Assembly (NCBI GenBank): GCA_964528815.1
Contig: CAZGTW010000001.1
Span: forward strand, 753 to 64,752
DNA length: 64,000 nucleotides
Origin: an uncultured Actinomycetota bacterium
Lineage (GTDB): Bacteria > Actinomycetota > Humimicrobiia > Humimicrobiales > Humimicrobiaceae
Direction of reading: 5' to 3'
Part shown: piece by piece, positions 1 to 10,772 of the stretch
Layout of the letters: each line of letters begins with the position of its first letter
Position numbering within the stretch: position 1 is the stretch's first letter
Made by a program: the position numbers and the translations under genes
Notes under the pieces: model-generated
Told to the model about the DNA's origin: nothing
Seen by the model: only the letters and a program-made list of their open reading frames with translations
Databases searched by the model: none

Positions 1-1475
1 CCCTGCCTGTATATCCTTTCAAGCTTAACAACAGTGAAAGAATTTGAAGCAATTATATCTGAAAGGATATTGCCGGGACCGACTGCAGGAAGCTGGTCCA
101 CATCGCCGACAAGGATAAGAGATGCCGTCTTTTTCAGGGACTTTAGAAATGCTTTAAATAGCCTGATATCTATCATTGAAGCTTCGTCAACTATTACAAG
201 ATCAGCATCAAGAGGGTCGTTCTCATCTTTTAAAAACCTGTTGATTTTCGGCTGGTATTTTAGAAGCCTGTGTATGGTCTTTGCTTCGCGTCCGGTTGCT
301 TCAGTGAGCCTTTTAGCAGCTCTTCCCGTTGGCGCACAAATCAGTATCTTTCTTGAAAAGCTGTCATAATACCTGGTAATAACATCTAAGATTGTGCTTT
401 TGCCTGTTCCGGGGCTTCCGGTAATTATAAGCACTTTTTCAGAAATTGATTTTGTTACTGCTTCCATTTGAATTTCATCAAGTTCTATTTTTTGTCCATT
501 TTGCCAGGTAAAACTGTCAATGATCTTTTCTGCCGGTAACTTATTACTGTTATTTTCAGGAAAGGATGCGGCTGTGTCCCTTATATCTTTTAACTTTGAT
601 GCAACAAATATTTCATCTTCATATATATTTTTTAGATAAATCCTGCCATCTGCATTATTATCAATTATAATTTTACCTTCGGTCTCAAGTTGTTTTGAAG
701 CGTTTATTATTGCCGTTTCACCGCATTCAAGAAGCTGGATTGCAGCCCTGAAAAAGTCCTCTACCGGATAATAACAATTCCCGGCATCTGTTATTTCGTT
801 TAAAAGATAGAGCACGCCTGATTTTATGCGGAACTCTGATTCTTTTTCTATTCCCATCCTGCCGGCTATGCTGTCTGCTGTTTTAAAACCTATGCCTGTT
901 ATGTCTTCAATAAGCTTGTATGGGTTGGTCTTTAATATGCTGATTGAATTGTTGCCATATGAATTATATATCTTTGCAGAATAATTATTGCTGATGCCGC
1001 ATGACTGCATGAAAATCATTATTTCACGTATATCTTTTTGTTTCTTCCACTCATCTTTTATAAGCTCTATTCTTTTTTTTCCAAGACCCTCTACTTCATT
1101 TAGCCTTCCGGGATGTTTATCCATGATTTCCAGCGTTTCAAGGCCAAAGGCTTTGACAATTCTTGATGCGATTACTGGACCAATCCCTTTTATGAGCCCT
1201 GAACCAAGATATTTTTCTATACCTTCTTCTGTTGCGGGCACCGTCACTTCTATGCACTGTATTTCAAATTGCGGGCCGTATTTTCTGCTGTTTACCCAAC
1301 GGCCGGTAGCAGATATTTTTTCTCCGGGTTTAATATCAAGCGTATAACCGACAACAGTGATTTGCTGGTTATTTTCTTCGTTTTGAAGTCTTCCGATGAA
1401 ATAATCATTATCAGGGTTTCTGTAGACTATTTTTGACAGTATGCCTTTTATTGTATCAGTTTGCTGCTGTGCCAT
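1..1475 (-). CDS. recD2: ATP-dependent RecD-like DNA helicase (RecD2), N-terminal part; 3' end runs off the window start
   Basis: Minus-strand translation from ATG at 1475 gives MAQQQTDTIKGILSKIVYRNPDNDYFIGRLQ..., with HhH-like segments (GIGPVIASRIVKAFG, ITGIGFKTADSIAG). Walker A LIITGSPGTGKST and Walker B LVIVDEASMID, then VGDVDQLPAVGPG. The tool did not list it because the stop lies outside the window. Confidence 0.85.
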   Translation of the reverse strand, partial: MAQQQTDTIKGILSKIVYRNPDNDYFIGRLQNEENNQQITVVGYTLDIKPGEKISATGRWVNSRKYGPQFEIQCIEVTVPATEEGIEKYLGSGLIKGIGPVIASRIVKAFGLETLEIMDKHPGRLNEVEGLGKKRIELIKDEWKKQKDIREIMIFMQSCGISNNYSAKIYNSYGNNSISILKTNPYKLIEDITGIGFKTADSIAGRMGIEKESEFRIKSGVLYLLNEITDAGNCYYPVEDFFRAAIQLLECGETAIINASKQLETEGKIIIDNNADGRIYLKNIYEDEIFVASKLKDIRDTAASFPENNSNKLPAEKIIDSFTWQNGQKIELDEIQMEAVTKSISEKVLIITGSPGTGKSTILDVITRYYDSFSRKILICAPTGRAAKRLTEATGREAKTIHRLLKYQPKINRFLKDENDPLDADLVIVDEASMIDIRLFKAFLKSLKKTASLILVGDVDQLPAVGPGNILSDIIASNSFTVVKLERIYRQ

Positions 1476-1507
1476 TGGACTTAAAACCAGTGTTTATAAT
1501 TATTATT

Positions 1508-3211
1508 TTAAGTGTAGCTCCGGATAAATCCTATGGAATCTTTAAGATCGAAAGTAAGCTTTGTCCCATCTTTGCGAAGCTCAATCTCAAGTTTTTTGTT
1601 TTCTATATAATTCCTGCCGATTACCATCTTTACAGGTATTCCAATCAGGTCCGAATCCTTGAATTTCACTCCTGCCCTGCAGTTTCTGTCATCAAACAAT
1701 ACGTCAATTCCCTCAGCAAGAAGTGCTTTATAAATATCTTCTGCGGATTTCAATATACTGGTGTCATCAACATTTATTGCAATAAGGCTTACCTTAAACG
1801 GGGCAATGCTTATTGGCCATATTATCCCCTTATCGTCATGGCTCTGTTCAATAGTAGCAGCAAGTATCCTGCTTACACCAATCCCATAACAGCCCATAAT
1901 CACAGGTTTCAGTTTACCTTCGCTGTCAAGATACATAGCATTCATTTTTTCACTGTATTTTGTTCCCAGTTTGAAAATATGGCCTATTTCTATGCCTTTT
2001 TCAAACTTTAATTTCTTACCGCAGATGCTGCAACAATCTCCTTCGACAGGAAATGAGAAATCACCCCAAATGTCAGCATTAAAATCTCTTCCCGCGCAGA
2101 CATTTTTTAAATGATAGTCCTTTTTGTTTGCACCTGCTGCCATATTGATTGAATCCTTTAATGATTCGTCAGCAAGTATCTTTATTTTTTTATCAAGTCC
2201 CACCGGACCCAGAAAACCTATAAAAATGGCGGGTCCGCCATCCTGGCCTTCAATAAGTTCAAGAGCAGTACCGGCAGTTTTTTGTGCTTTCTGAATATTT
2301 ATTTCCCTGTTTCCTGCAACCAGCACTGAATAAAGGTTGCCATTGCCATCTTTTAACAGCAGTGTCTTGATTATTTTTTCAGGTGATACTCCAAGGAATG
2401 CAGATAATGACTTAATATTTGTAATTGATGGTGTATGGATTTCCTCAATATTTCCAGGGACTTCATTTATTACAGAATCTCCCTTAAATGGGGCAAATCT
2501 TGCCATTTCATAATTTGCCGCATAACCGCATTCCGGACAATATGCAAGCTCATCTTCACCATTTTCAGCAAGGATTATGAATTCATGTGAAAACTTACCG
2601 CCGATAAGACCGGTATCGGCCTCAACAGGAAAATATTTAAGGCCAAGGCGGTCAAGAATCCTGCAGTATGCCTTATGCATCTTATTATATATAATATCCA
2701 GGTCCTCTTCATTTGAAGAAAAACTGTAAGCATCCTTCATTATGAATTCCCTGGCCCTCAGTATCCCATATCTTGGCCTTATCTCATCCCTGAATTTCAC
2801 CTGGATCTGGTAAAGGTTTAACGGCATATCCTTATATGATTTAATATCCATATATGCAAGATTTGTAAAAAGTTCCTCATGGGTCGGACCCAGGCAGAAG
2901 TCTCTGTCATTTCTGTCCTTCAGCCTGAAAAGTTCGGGCCCGTATTTTTGCCACCTGCCTGACTCTATCCATAAATCGGCAGGTTGCACTGCAGGCATCA
3001 GCATTTCTATAGCTCCCGCCCTGTCCATTTCTTCACGTACAATATTTTCTATTTTCTTAAGGACCCTGTAACCCAGAGGAAGAAAAGAATATATGCCTGA
3101 AGCGACTTTTCTTATTAAACCGGCCCTCCGTGAAAGCGAATAGCTCGCTATCTCAGTGTTACCGGGTTCTTCTTTTAAAGTATTTAAGAAATATTCCGAG
3201 TATCTTACCAA
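1508..3211 (-). CDS. proS: prolyl-tRNA synthetase (bacterial type)
   Basis: 567 aa. N-terminus MVRYSEYFLNTLKEEP...SRRAGLIRKVASGIYSFLPLGYRVL is typical of ProS, and a class II core is present. Confidence 0.93.
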   Translation of the reverse strand: MVRYSEYFLNTLKEEPGNTEIASYSLSRRAGLIRKVASGIYSFLPLGYRVLKKIENIVREEMDRAGAIEMLMPAVQPADLWIESGRWQKYGPELFRLKDRNDRDFCLGPTHEELFTNLAYMDIKSYKDMPLNLYQIQVKFRDEIRPRYGILRAREFIMKDAYSFSSNEEDLDIIYNKMHKAYCRILDRLGLKYFPVEADTGLIGGKFSHEFIILAENGEDELAYCPECGYAANYEMARFAPFKGDSVINEVPGNIEEIHTPSITNIKSLSAFLGVSPEKIIKTLLLKDGNGNLYSVLVAGNREINIQKAQKTAGTALELIEGQDGGPAIFIGFLGPVGLDKKIKILADESLKDSINMAAGANKKDYHLKNVCAGRDFNADIWGDFSFPVEGDCCSICGKKLKFEKGIEIGHIFKLGTKYSEKMNAMYLDSEGKLKPVIMGCYGIGVSRILAATIEQSHDDKGIIWPISIAPFKVSLIAINVDDTSILKSAEDIYKALLAEGIDVLFDDRNCRAGVKFKDSDLIGIPVKMVIGRNYIENKKLEIELRKDGTKLTFDLKDSIGFIRSYT

Positions 3212-3344
3212 TTTTTACCCCATTTATTCTTATTATTTATAAAAACTTTTACGTACAAAATCTGCTTTACAGCAATTACAATAAATAAAAACCCCCGGAC
3301 CATTTTTACAGTTTATTTTACTTAAAATTAAGGAATAATTTAAA

Positions 3345-4412
3345 TCAAATAATAATCCTGTTCAACTCTTTTTTGAATTCTTCAAGCGCCCGGTCCGTGT
3401 CGACCCTTTTTATTACTTTGCCCTTAATAAAAATCGCAGCTTTGTTTTTTCCATATGCAATACCAATGTCAGCATCTTTTGCTTCACCCGGGCCATTAAC
3501 AATGCAGCCCATAACAGCTATTTTAATATTATTTGATACACTATAAGTCAGCTCTTCGATCTCTTTTACTGCTGTTTTCAGGTCAGTGCCGGTCCTGCTG
3601 CATGTAGGGCAGGATATTAAGTCAACTCCATATTTTCTTAAACCAAGGCTTGAAAGTATTGTATAAGCAGCTTTTACTTCTGCAGTCGAGCGCTCAGTCA
3701 GGGAGACTCTTATTGTATCTCCAATACCCATATAAAGCAGCACCCCGATGCCGACTGATGATTTGATTGCGCCGGAAAACACCGGACCCGCTTCGGTAAC
3801 TCCAAGGTGCAGCGGATAATCAATTTTTGAAGATAGTATCCGGTAAACAGAGATGGTATCCATGACAGAAGAAGCTTTTGCAGAAATCTTGAAATTGAAG
3901 AATTCATTGCTTTCAAATAATCTTACAATATCGAGTGCGCTGCTGGACATTGCTTCAATGCTGTTGCCCCCTGCATTCTTCAAATAAATTTTATTTATGG
4001 AGCCCGAGTTTACTCCTATCCTTATTGCAGACCCATGTTTTTTTGCTTCCTGTACAATTTTAATGATTTTTTCTTCACTTCCTATATTTCCCGGATTTAT
4101 TCTTATGCAGTCGATGCCTGCCCTTATGGAATCTATTGCGATACTATGGTCGAATTGTATATCTGCTACTACCGGTACCTTAAAGATTTTTGAATCCATA
4201 AGGCTTTTTACATACTTTAAGGAATCAGTTTCCGGTACGGCAAACCTGATTACTTCACATCCGCATTCCTGCAGATTTATAATTTCATTTTTTACTGCTT
4301 CTGTATTTTCGAGCCTGTTTTTTATCATCGACTGTACAATTATCGGGTTATCTCCTCCAATGCCTAATTGTCCCAGTTTTACTATTCTTGTATTTTTTCT
4401 TTTAATTTCCAT
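3345..4412 (-). CDS. ispG: 4-hydroxy-3-methylbut-2-en-1-yl diphosphate synthase (IspG/GcpE)
   Basis: 355 aa; GDNPIIVQSM motif; C-terminal CPTCSR cysteine cluster; ispG-proS adjacency is conserved. Confidence 0.92.
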   Translation of the reverse strand: MEIKRKNTRIVKLGQLGIGGDNPIIVQSMIKNRLENTEAVKNEIINLQECGCEVIRFAVPETDSLKYVKSLMDSKIFKVPVVADIQFDHSIAIDSIRAGIDCIRINPGNIGSEEKIIKIVQEAKKHGSAIRIGVNSGSINKIYLKNAGGNSIEAMSSSALDIVRLFESNEFFNFKISAKASSVMDTISVYRILSSKIDYPLHLGVTEAGPVFSGAIKSSVGIGVLLYMGIGDTIRVSLTERSTAEVKAAYTILSSLGLRKYGVDLISCPTCSRTGTDLKTAVKEIEELTYSVSNNIKIAVMGCIVNGPGEAKDADIGIAYGKNKAAIFIKGKVIKRVDTDRALEEFKKELNRIII

Positions 4413-4521
4413 AGCTTAAATTCAATTTAAAGCTTTTTATTTCAAATCAGATTACTTCCAAAGGGCCAGGGTTAAAAATCCGGAATTTAAAAAAAGAATA
4501 TTTAATAAACAAATATCCCTT

Positions 4522-5580
4522 TTACATATTTGCTATCTTAAAAGGATTTATAATATCAAAAATAAGCCCGATTATAAAAAGCGATGCTACAAGGGCTATG
4601 CCCAATGCATTAGATATTTCCATCGCTTTTTTCGGAAAAGGTTTTTTTCTGATAGCTTCATATATTATTACTACAAGATGGCCTCCATCAACCGGCAATA
4701 TGGGAAGGAAATTCCCGAATGCAAGAAGCAATGAAACAAGAGCGACAAATAATATAAAATTCTGCACACCCATTGCAGCAGATTGCTGGAATATGCTTAC
4801 AACGCCGATTGGTGAGACCGGCCTTGCCTGTGATAAAGGTATCCGGCCTGTAAATAATTGCCCGAATAATTTGAAATATGTAAATGTGATGTCCCATGTC
4901 ATTTTAAAACCTTCTTTTAACACGCCAAAAAATCCGAGGTATGTTTTTTCAAGTTTTGGGCCGACTCCAAGGTAACCGCTGCCTTCCTTATCAGAAAGCT
5001 CAACCCTGATATCCATCTCTCTGCCGTCCCTGATAATTGTATAAGCAACATTGTCGCCGGGATTTTGCTTTGTCAGCAATGACATATCTTCCCATGAATT
5101 TATTGGAGAACCATTTAATGCTATTATTTTATCCCCGGCTGTAAAACCTGAAATATCTGCAGGAGAACCGGGCTCGATATAATCAACCGTATTTACAGGC
5201 GCAAGTATGCCCATGGAAAGGTATATAATTACAAGCAGGATAGCAAGAATTATATTGAATATTCCTCCCCCGCTTATAACAAAGAATTTCTTATAAAAAG
5301 GTTTTGAGTAAAAGACTTTTTCTTTCAGTTCCTCAGGCACAGTTTCATTGCGGTCCATCCCAAGAATCTTGTTATAACCTCCGAGAGGTATTGCGCTCAG
5401 CCCGTAAAGTGTACCGCTTTTTTTTGCCCTGAATTTAAGTATTTTAGGGCCGAATCCAATAAAAAATTCAAGCACATGCATCTTTGAGATCTTTGCAAAG
5501 ATAAAATGCCCGAATTCATGCACAAGAATGATTACTGAAAATCCAAGGATTGCAATTATATATTGTAAAACTACCACCAT
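4522..5580 (-). CDS. rseP: RIP zinc metalloprotease RseP (site-2 protease) with PDZ domain
   Basis: 352 aa; HEFGHF zinc motif in the first TM segment; polytopic hydrophobic profile; position after uppS. Confidence 0.88.
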   Translation of the reverse strand: MVVVLQYIIAILGFSVIILVHEFGHFIFAKISKMHVLEFFIGFGPKILKFRAKKSGTLYGLSAIPLGGYNKILGMDRNETVPEELKEKVFYSKPFYKKFFVISGGGIFNIILAILLVIIYLSMGILAPVNTVDYIEPGSPADISGFTAGDKIIALNGSPINSWEDMSLLTKQNPGDNVAYTIIRDGREMDIRVELSDKEGSGYLGVGPKLEKTYLGFFGVLKEGFKMTWDITFTYFKLFGQLFTGRIPLSQARPVSPIGVVSIFQQSAAMGVQNFILFVALVSLLLAFGNFLPILPVDGGHLVVIIYEAIRKKPFPKKAMEISNALGIALVASLFIIGLIFDIINPFKIANM

Positions 5581-5628
5581 TTACCACCTTGTGGAAATGC
5601 AAACAATAAATTATTTATAATTTCCAGG

Positions 5629-6399
5629 TTAAATTTTCCCGAACCTTCTTTCACGGTGCTGGTAATCAAATATTGCCTTATAAAAACATTTCCTGTCAAA
5701 ATCGGGCCAGAGAACGCTTGTAAAATACAACTCAGTATAAGCTATCTGCCACAATAAAAAATTGCTTATCCTGTATTCTCCGCTGGTTCTTATAAGCAGG
5801 TCCGGATCCGGAATGCCTGATGTGAAAAGATATCCTGAAAAAATATTAATATCATCAGTCCCACCTTTACCTGGAAAAATCTTCCCATTATTGGAATCAC
5901 TGCAGAATTTTTTTGCTGCCTGGTATATCTCATCTCTTGCGCCATAGCTGAACGCTATGTTTAAAACAACATCATTATTGTACCTGGTTTTTTCTTCAGC
6001 ATTGACAAAAACAGAAAGAATGTCCGGGGGTATTATTTCCCTGTTGCCGATTAAATTAAGCCTGACCTTATCTTTTATCATACCCGGCAGCTCCCTGTCC
6101 AGTACATCAACAAACAACCGCATAAGATCACTGACCTCCGGCTGGGGCCTTTGCCAGTTCTCACTTGAAAATGCAAAAGCTGTAAGGTATTTAATGCCGA
6201 GTTCTTTGCATGTGATTACAGTTTCCCTTAAAACCTCTGCACCTTTACTGTGGCCAAAAATCCTTGGAAGTTTTCTTTTGCCCGCCCATCTTCCATTTCC
6301 ATCCATAATAATGGCCACATGCCGGGGGATTTTATTTTTTTTTAAACTCTTGATTGTAACAGGATTAATAAAAGAAAAAACAGAAGCAAGATTTTTCAA
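5629..6399 (-). CDS. uppS: isoprenyl transferase / undecaprenyl diphosphate synthase
   Basis: 256 aa; HVAIIMDGNGRWA motif and C-terminal RERRFG. Confidence 0.93.
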   Translation of the reverse strand: MKNLASVFSFINPVTIKSLKKNKIPRHVAIIMDGNGRWAGKRKLPRIFGHSKGAEVLRETVITCKELGIKYLTAFAFSSENWQRPQPEVSDLMRLFVDVLDRELPGMIKDKVRLNLIGNREIIPPDILSVFVNAEEKTRYNNDVVLNIAFSYGARDEIYQAAKKFCSDSNNGKIFPGKGGTDDINIFSGYLFTSGIPDPDLLIRTSGEYRISNFLLWQIAYTELYFTSVLWPDFDRKCFYKAIFDYQHRERRFGKI

Positions 6400-6406
6400 A
6401 ATATGC

Positions 6407-6973
6407 CTACACTTCCATTATTTCCTTTTCTTTTAAAACCAGTGCTTCATTTATTTTTTCAATATATTTATCTGTAAGCTGTTGAGTCTTTTCATGATAT
6501 TGTTCAAGGTCATCTTCAGTGATTTCTTTGCTGTTTAACAGTTTTTTCAGCTCATCATTTATTTCACGCCTTACATTCCTTGCTGCTATCCTGCCGTCCT
6601 CGGCAATTTTTTTTACGAGTCGCACCAGGTCATGCCTTCTCTCTTCATTTAAAGCAGGGATAATAAGCCTTATGACTTTACCATCATTATTAGGGTTTAT
6701 TGACAGGTCGGAAGCAAGTATCTGCTTCTCTATTTCTTTTATAAACTTGGGTTCATAAGGTGAAATAACCATTGTGCGCGGTTCTGGTATAGTTATATTG
6801 GCAACATGTTTTAATTGTGTCTTGGAACCGTAATAGTCGATAAAGATCCTGTCAAGCAAAGCGGCAGATGCCCTTCCTGTCCTTATGGTATTAAATTCAT
6901 GCTGGGTATTTTCAATGGATTGTTTCATCTTTTTTTCACATTCAGAAATAAGTATATCTTTAATTTTAATCAC
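6407..6973 (-). CDS. frr: ribosome recycling factor
   Basis: 188 aa; family-typical sequence; sits in the pyrH-frr context. Confidence 0.93.
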   Translation of the reverse strand: MIKIKDILISECEKKMKQSIENTQHEFNTIRTGRASAALLDRIFIDYYGSKTQLKHVANITIPEPRTMVISPYEPKFIKEIEKQILASDLSINPNNDGKVIRLIIPALNEERRHDLVRLVKKIAEDGRIAARNVRREINDELKKLLNSKEITEDDLEQYHEKTQQLTDKYIEKINEALVLKEKEIMEV

Positions 6974-7731
6974 CCTTTCTTGACTAATGTGCCTATTTTT
7001 TTACCCATTACTACATCTTTTATATTTCCCGGCCTTGTAATATCAAAGACAACTATTGGAAGATTGTTTTCCATACATAATGAAGTAGCAGTGGAATCCA
7101 GAATTCTCAGGTCCTTATCCAGTACTTCCATAAAAGTAAGTTCCTCATATTTCTTTGCATCAACATGTTTTTTAGGGTCTTTATCATAAACACCGTCTAC
7201 TTTAGTAGCTTTAAATAAAATTTCGGCATTGATTTCAAGCGCCCTTAAGGCTGCAGCAGTATCTGTAGAAAAATAAGGATTACCTGTGCCCCCTGCAAAA
7301 ATAACTACTCTTTTCTTTTCAAGGTGCCTCAATGCCCTTCTTCTTATAAAAGGCTCTGCAATTTCCTGCATTGTAATTGAAGATTGGACTCTTGTCATGA
7401 CATCCTTTTTCTCAAGGGCATCCTGCAATCCTATGGCATTCATTACCGTTGCCAGCATTCCGATATAATCTGCAGTTGTACGGTCCATACCTCCTGCACT
7501 TGCTGATACTCCCCGCCAGAAATTTCCTCCTCCAACCACTACTGCAATTTCAATATCAAGTTCAGCCACCTCTTTTATCTGCTCTGCGATATTATCCATT
7601 ATATCAGGATCGATGCCGTAATCAGATTTACCTATAAGAGCTTCTCCGCTGATTTTAAGCAATATTCTTTTATATTTGGGAACTTTCATATTATTCCTCA
7701 GAGCTTGTTTCTCCCAGGACCCATCTGGCAA
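6970..7731 (-). CDS. pyrH: UMP kinase
   Basis: 253 aa; [12 protein letters not shown] and GGGNFWRG motifs. Confidence 0.93.
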   Translation of the reverse strand: MPDGSWEKQALRNNMKVPKYKRILLKISGEALIGKSDYGIDPDIMDNIAEQIKEVAELDIEIAVVVGGGNFWRGVSASAGGMDRTTADYIGMLATVMNAIGLQDALEKKDVMTRVQSSITMQEIAEPFIRRRALRHLEKKRVVIFAGGTGNPYFSTDTAAALRALEINAEILFKATKVDGVYDKDPKKHVDAKKYEELTFMEVLDKDLRILDSTATSLCMENNLPIVVFDITRPGNIKDVVMGKKIGTLVKKG

Positions 7732-8299
7732 ATCTTTTAATTAATATATTTTCACCGATTTTTGCAATATTTTCAGTTATAAGGTCACCTACAGTAAGGT
7801 CATTATCCTTAACATACAACTGGTCAAGAAGGCATGTTTCCTGGAAATATTTTGAGAGCTTTCCTTCTGCAATCTTATCAACAACATTTGCGGGTTTGCC
7901 TTCATTTATTGCCTGTTTCCTGTAAATATCTTTTTCCTTTTCTATTACTTCATCGGGTATCTCATCTCTTGATACATACAGCGGGGCAGCAGCAGCAATA
8001 TGAAGTGCAATATTATGTGAAAGGTTTTTAAAAATCTCATTTCTTGCAACAAAATCTGTCTCACAATTTATTTCCAGCATAACACCTATTTTTGAGCCCA
8101 GATGGATATAACTATCGATAATACCCTGGTTTGCAGGCCTTGCAGCTTTTTTAGCTGCCTTATCCAGGCCTTTCTCTCTTAAATACTCGCTTGCCTTGTT
8201 AAAATCGCCCTGGCATTCTACAAGGGCTTTTTTGCAATCCATCATTCCTACGCCGCTTTTCTCACGCAGCTTTTTTACTAATTCAGCATTTATTTCCAT
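7691..8299 (-). CDS. tsf: elongation factor Ts (short form)
   Basis: 202 aa; N-terminal UBA-like [20 protein letters not shown]. Confidence 0.9.
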   Translation of the reverse strand: MEINAELVKKLREKSGVGMMDCKKALVECQGDFNKASEYLREKGLDKAAKKAARPANQGIIDSYIHLGSKIGVMLEINCETDFVARNEIFKNLSHNIALHIAAAAPLYVSRDEIPDEVIEKEKDIYRKQAINEGKPANVVDKIAEGKLSKYFQETCLLDQLYVKDNDLTVGDLITENIAKIGENILIKRFARWVLGETSSEE

Positions 8300-8337
8300 A
8301 AAATTAATCCTTCCGCCTATAATATCTCTAAAAATAA

Positions 8338-9171
8338 CTATATCTTTTTACAGAGCTGGTCATCTTCATTATCCAGGTCTTCTATACTGTCATCAATTGA
8401 AATTTCTTCCTTTTTTTCCTTTTCTTCAACAATATTAACGTCAACTTCCGGTTTTTTTTCTATCCTGCCGCTTTCTTCCCTGCCATTTTTAACTGCTTCA
8501 GCAATGATGCCCGTAATAAGGCTGCAACTTCTTATTGCATCGTCGTTTCCGGGTATGATGTAATCTACTTTATCAGGGTCACAGTTAGTGTCAACTATGG
8601 CGACTATCGGTATGCCAAGTTTTTTTGCTTCTTCCACAGCTATGGTTTCCTTGTGAGGATCTATGACAAAGAGCAGTTCAGGTAATTTCGCCATATCCCT
8701 GATTCCGCCTATATTATAAAGAAGTTTTTCATATTCTTTTTTTATCTGCAGGACCTCTGTTTTTGGAAGCATTTCAAAAGTGCCTGATTTTTCCATATCT
8801 TCAATTTCATTTATTCTTTTTGCCCTGTTAAATATGGTCCTGAAGTTTGTAAGGGTCCCGCCAAGCCACCTGTTTTTTACATAAGGCATTCCGCATTCTT
8901 TTGCAAAATTGGCGATTATATCCTGTATTTGTTTTTTTGTGCCAACAAAAAGAACGATTCCTCCCCCTGCAGCAACACTTTTCACATGCTCATAAGCTTC
9001 TATTAACAGTTGCATGGTCTGCTGAAGGTCGATTATATATATGCCGTTTTTTTCAGCAAATATATACCTCTTCATTTTGGGATTCCATCGCCTGGTCTGA
9101 TGGCCGAAATGCACTCCTACTTCAAGGAGCTGTTTCATGGTTACAATATTATCCATGTTTGTTTCCTCCAA
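8338..9171 (-). CDS. rpsB: 30S ribosomal protein S2
   Basis: 277 aa; [13 protein letters not shown]; acidic C-terminal tail. Confidence 0.93.
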   Translation of the reverse strand: MEETNMDNIVTMKQLLEVGVHFGHQTRRWNPKMKRYIFAEKNGIYIIDLQQTMQLLIEAYEHVKSVAAGGGIVLFVGTKKQIQDIIANFAKECGMPYVKNRWLGGTLTNFRTIFNRAKRINEIEDMEKSGTFEMLPKTEVLQIKKEYEKLLYNIGGIRDMAKLPELLFVIDPHKETIAVEEAKKLGIPIVAIVDTNCDPDKVDYIIPGNDDAIRSCSLITGIIAEAVKNGREESGRIEKKPEVDVNIVEEKEKKEEISIDDSIEDLDNEDDQLCKKI

Positions 9172-9288
9172 TATCTAATGGTTTTTCCTCCATCACTTTA
9201 ACTTTTTAGAAGTCACCATTGTACTTCAAGTGATGTGTGAATTTTTCAACGCTATAGTTTAGCATAATCTATTTTTAAGAGCAAATCA

Positions 9289-10230
9289 TCACCCCTTCTT
9301 TGCCCTGGGGTGGAACCTGTTATAGTCTTCTTTTATTTTTTTTATGTTAAGGTGTGTATAAATCTGTGTTGTTGCTATATTTGCATGCCCAAGAAGTTCC
9401 TGTATCTCCCTTATTCCTGCTCCTTCCTGCAGAAGATGAGTAGCAAAACTGTGCCTTATGGAATGAGGGCCTATTTTTTTGTTTATGCCCGCCCTGTAAA
9501 TACTTTTTTTTACTATGTCTCTTATACCTCTTGTTGAAAGCCTTTTCCCGAAACAGTTGATAAATAATGGAACCGTCAGTCCGTTTTTTTGTTCAGAAAC
9601 CGAAGGATCTTCTGAACCGGTCCTGGCTTTTATAATCTGATGCCTTACATCCAGGTAATTTTCGAGCCATAAAGCTGAATGTTTATTTAAATATGCTATC
9701 CTTTCTTTCCTTCCTTTGCCGAATAATCTTACTTCCCTGTTTGGTATGTCTATATTGCCTGTATTTATCCCTGCCACTTCTGAGACTCTTGCTCCTGTCG
9801 AATATATAAATTCGATCAGCGCCCTGTTTCTTATTCCAAGTGGTCCGTTTGAATCTATACTTTCAAGTAATGTCCTGATTTCTTTTTGAGACAGAAAGGT
9901 ATAAAGTCTCTGTGTTTTTTTTGGGGGTATAAGATACTGGCTGAGCTGGTTCTTTGTATAATTGTTTATTTCGCAGTATCTGAGGAAGTTATTGATTGAA
10001 GAATATTTTCTTATCATTGTCCTGCCTGAATATTTAAATCTGTCAAGAAACTTAAGAAAACTTCTGAAAACTTCCAGTGTTACATCATCAATATTTTTTA
10101 TATTTATTTTTTCAAGATATTCTTTAAGCTGGACTATATCTCTGGTATAAGAATTTATTGAATTTAATGAAAGATTTTTTTCATACTTTATATGTTTAAT
10201 ATAGATATTGAGACATTTATTTATGTCCAT
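9289..10230 (-). CDS. tyrosine site-specific recombinase, XerC/XerD family
   Basis: 313 aa; catalytic R (ARVSE), K (GKGRKER), HSIRHSF, and LLGHANIATTQIYTH containing the Tyr nucleophile. No attachment repeats or cargo genes seen nearby, so it is more likely a chromosome-dimer resolvase than a phage integrase. Confidence 0.8.
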   Translation of the reverse strand: MDINKCLNIYIKHIKYEKNLSLNSINSYTRDIVQLKEYLEKINIKNIDDVTLEVFRSFLKFLDRFKYSGRTMIRKYSSINNFLRYCEINNYTKNQLSQYLIPPKKTQRLYTFLSQKEIRTLLESIDSNGPLGIRNRALIEFIYSTGARVSEVAGINTGNIDIPNREVRLFGKGRKERIAYLNKHSALWLENYLDVRHQIIKARTGSEDPSVSEQKNGLTVPLFINCFGKRLSTRGIRDIVKKSIYRAGINKKIGPHSIRHSFATHLLQEGAGIREIQELLGHANIATTQIYTHLNIKKIKEDYNRFHPRAKKG

Positions 10231-10310
10231 TAATAACTTTACTGCTCCGGAATTATATAAAGCTGATAAGTTTAAGATTACCGGTTAAACCGGCTGTACA
10301 AGGGTAATAA

Positions 10311-10730
10311 CTATAAATAGTCACTCTCTATGTCTTTCATCTTTTTTTTAAGTAATTTTCTTTCTTCTTCCAGGCTTTTAATTTTTTCCTGAAATCTTTC
10401 GGCATTTGCCGTATCAGGGCTTTCATCTGTTTTTTCAAGGTCTTCAAGAAATTGCCTTAAGTCAGAAATCATTGATATTATGCTTTCCCGGGTCTTATCC
10501 GACCTGTAATCGGTCTTGAAATTGGTCCTGGATATATCTTCGGAAATACGGCCGGTCTTACTGATTGACCGGGAAATCAATGCTGATATTTTCCTGGACG
10601 AAGGTATTTTATTTTTTTTTATAATGCCTGTAACGTGCCCCAGTTCCTTTGCAAATATATTATCATATTCATATAATGCAAGCCCAAGCGCTGTTTTGGG
10701 TTTTTCTGTTTTTTTCCTTCCAAAAATCAA
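10311..10730 (-). CDS. hypothetical protein (basic N-terminus, coiled-coil C-terminus)
   Basis: 139-aa ORF sits tightly between the recombinase and dprA; no recognisable motif. The C-terminus EKIKSLEEERKLLKKKMKDIESDYL is predicted coiled coil. Confidence 0.45.
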   Translation of the reverse strand: MIFGRKKTEKPKTALGLALYEYDNIFAKELGHVTGIIKKNKIPSSRKISALISRSISKTGRISEDISRTNFKTDYRSDKTRESIISMISDLRQFLEDLEKTDESPDTANAERFQEKIKSLEEERKLLKKKMKDIESDYL

Positions 10731-10772
10731 TTAATTACCATCCTGAGTATTTGATATAATATTTTAATTTTA

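Noticed and set aside
34-369. 111-aa plus-strand ORF at the window start
   Set aside because: It is antisense to the clearly coding RecD2 helicase frame on the minus strand, and its low-complexity translation has no motif.
1433-2011. 192-aa plus-strand ORF
   Set aside because: It lies entirely antisense within proS and has an AT-rich codon-bias artefact composition (runs of F/I/Y/K).
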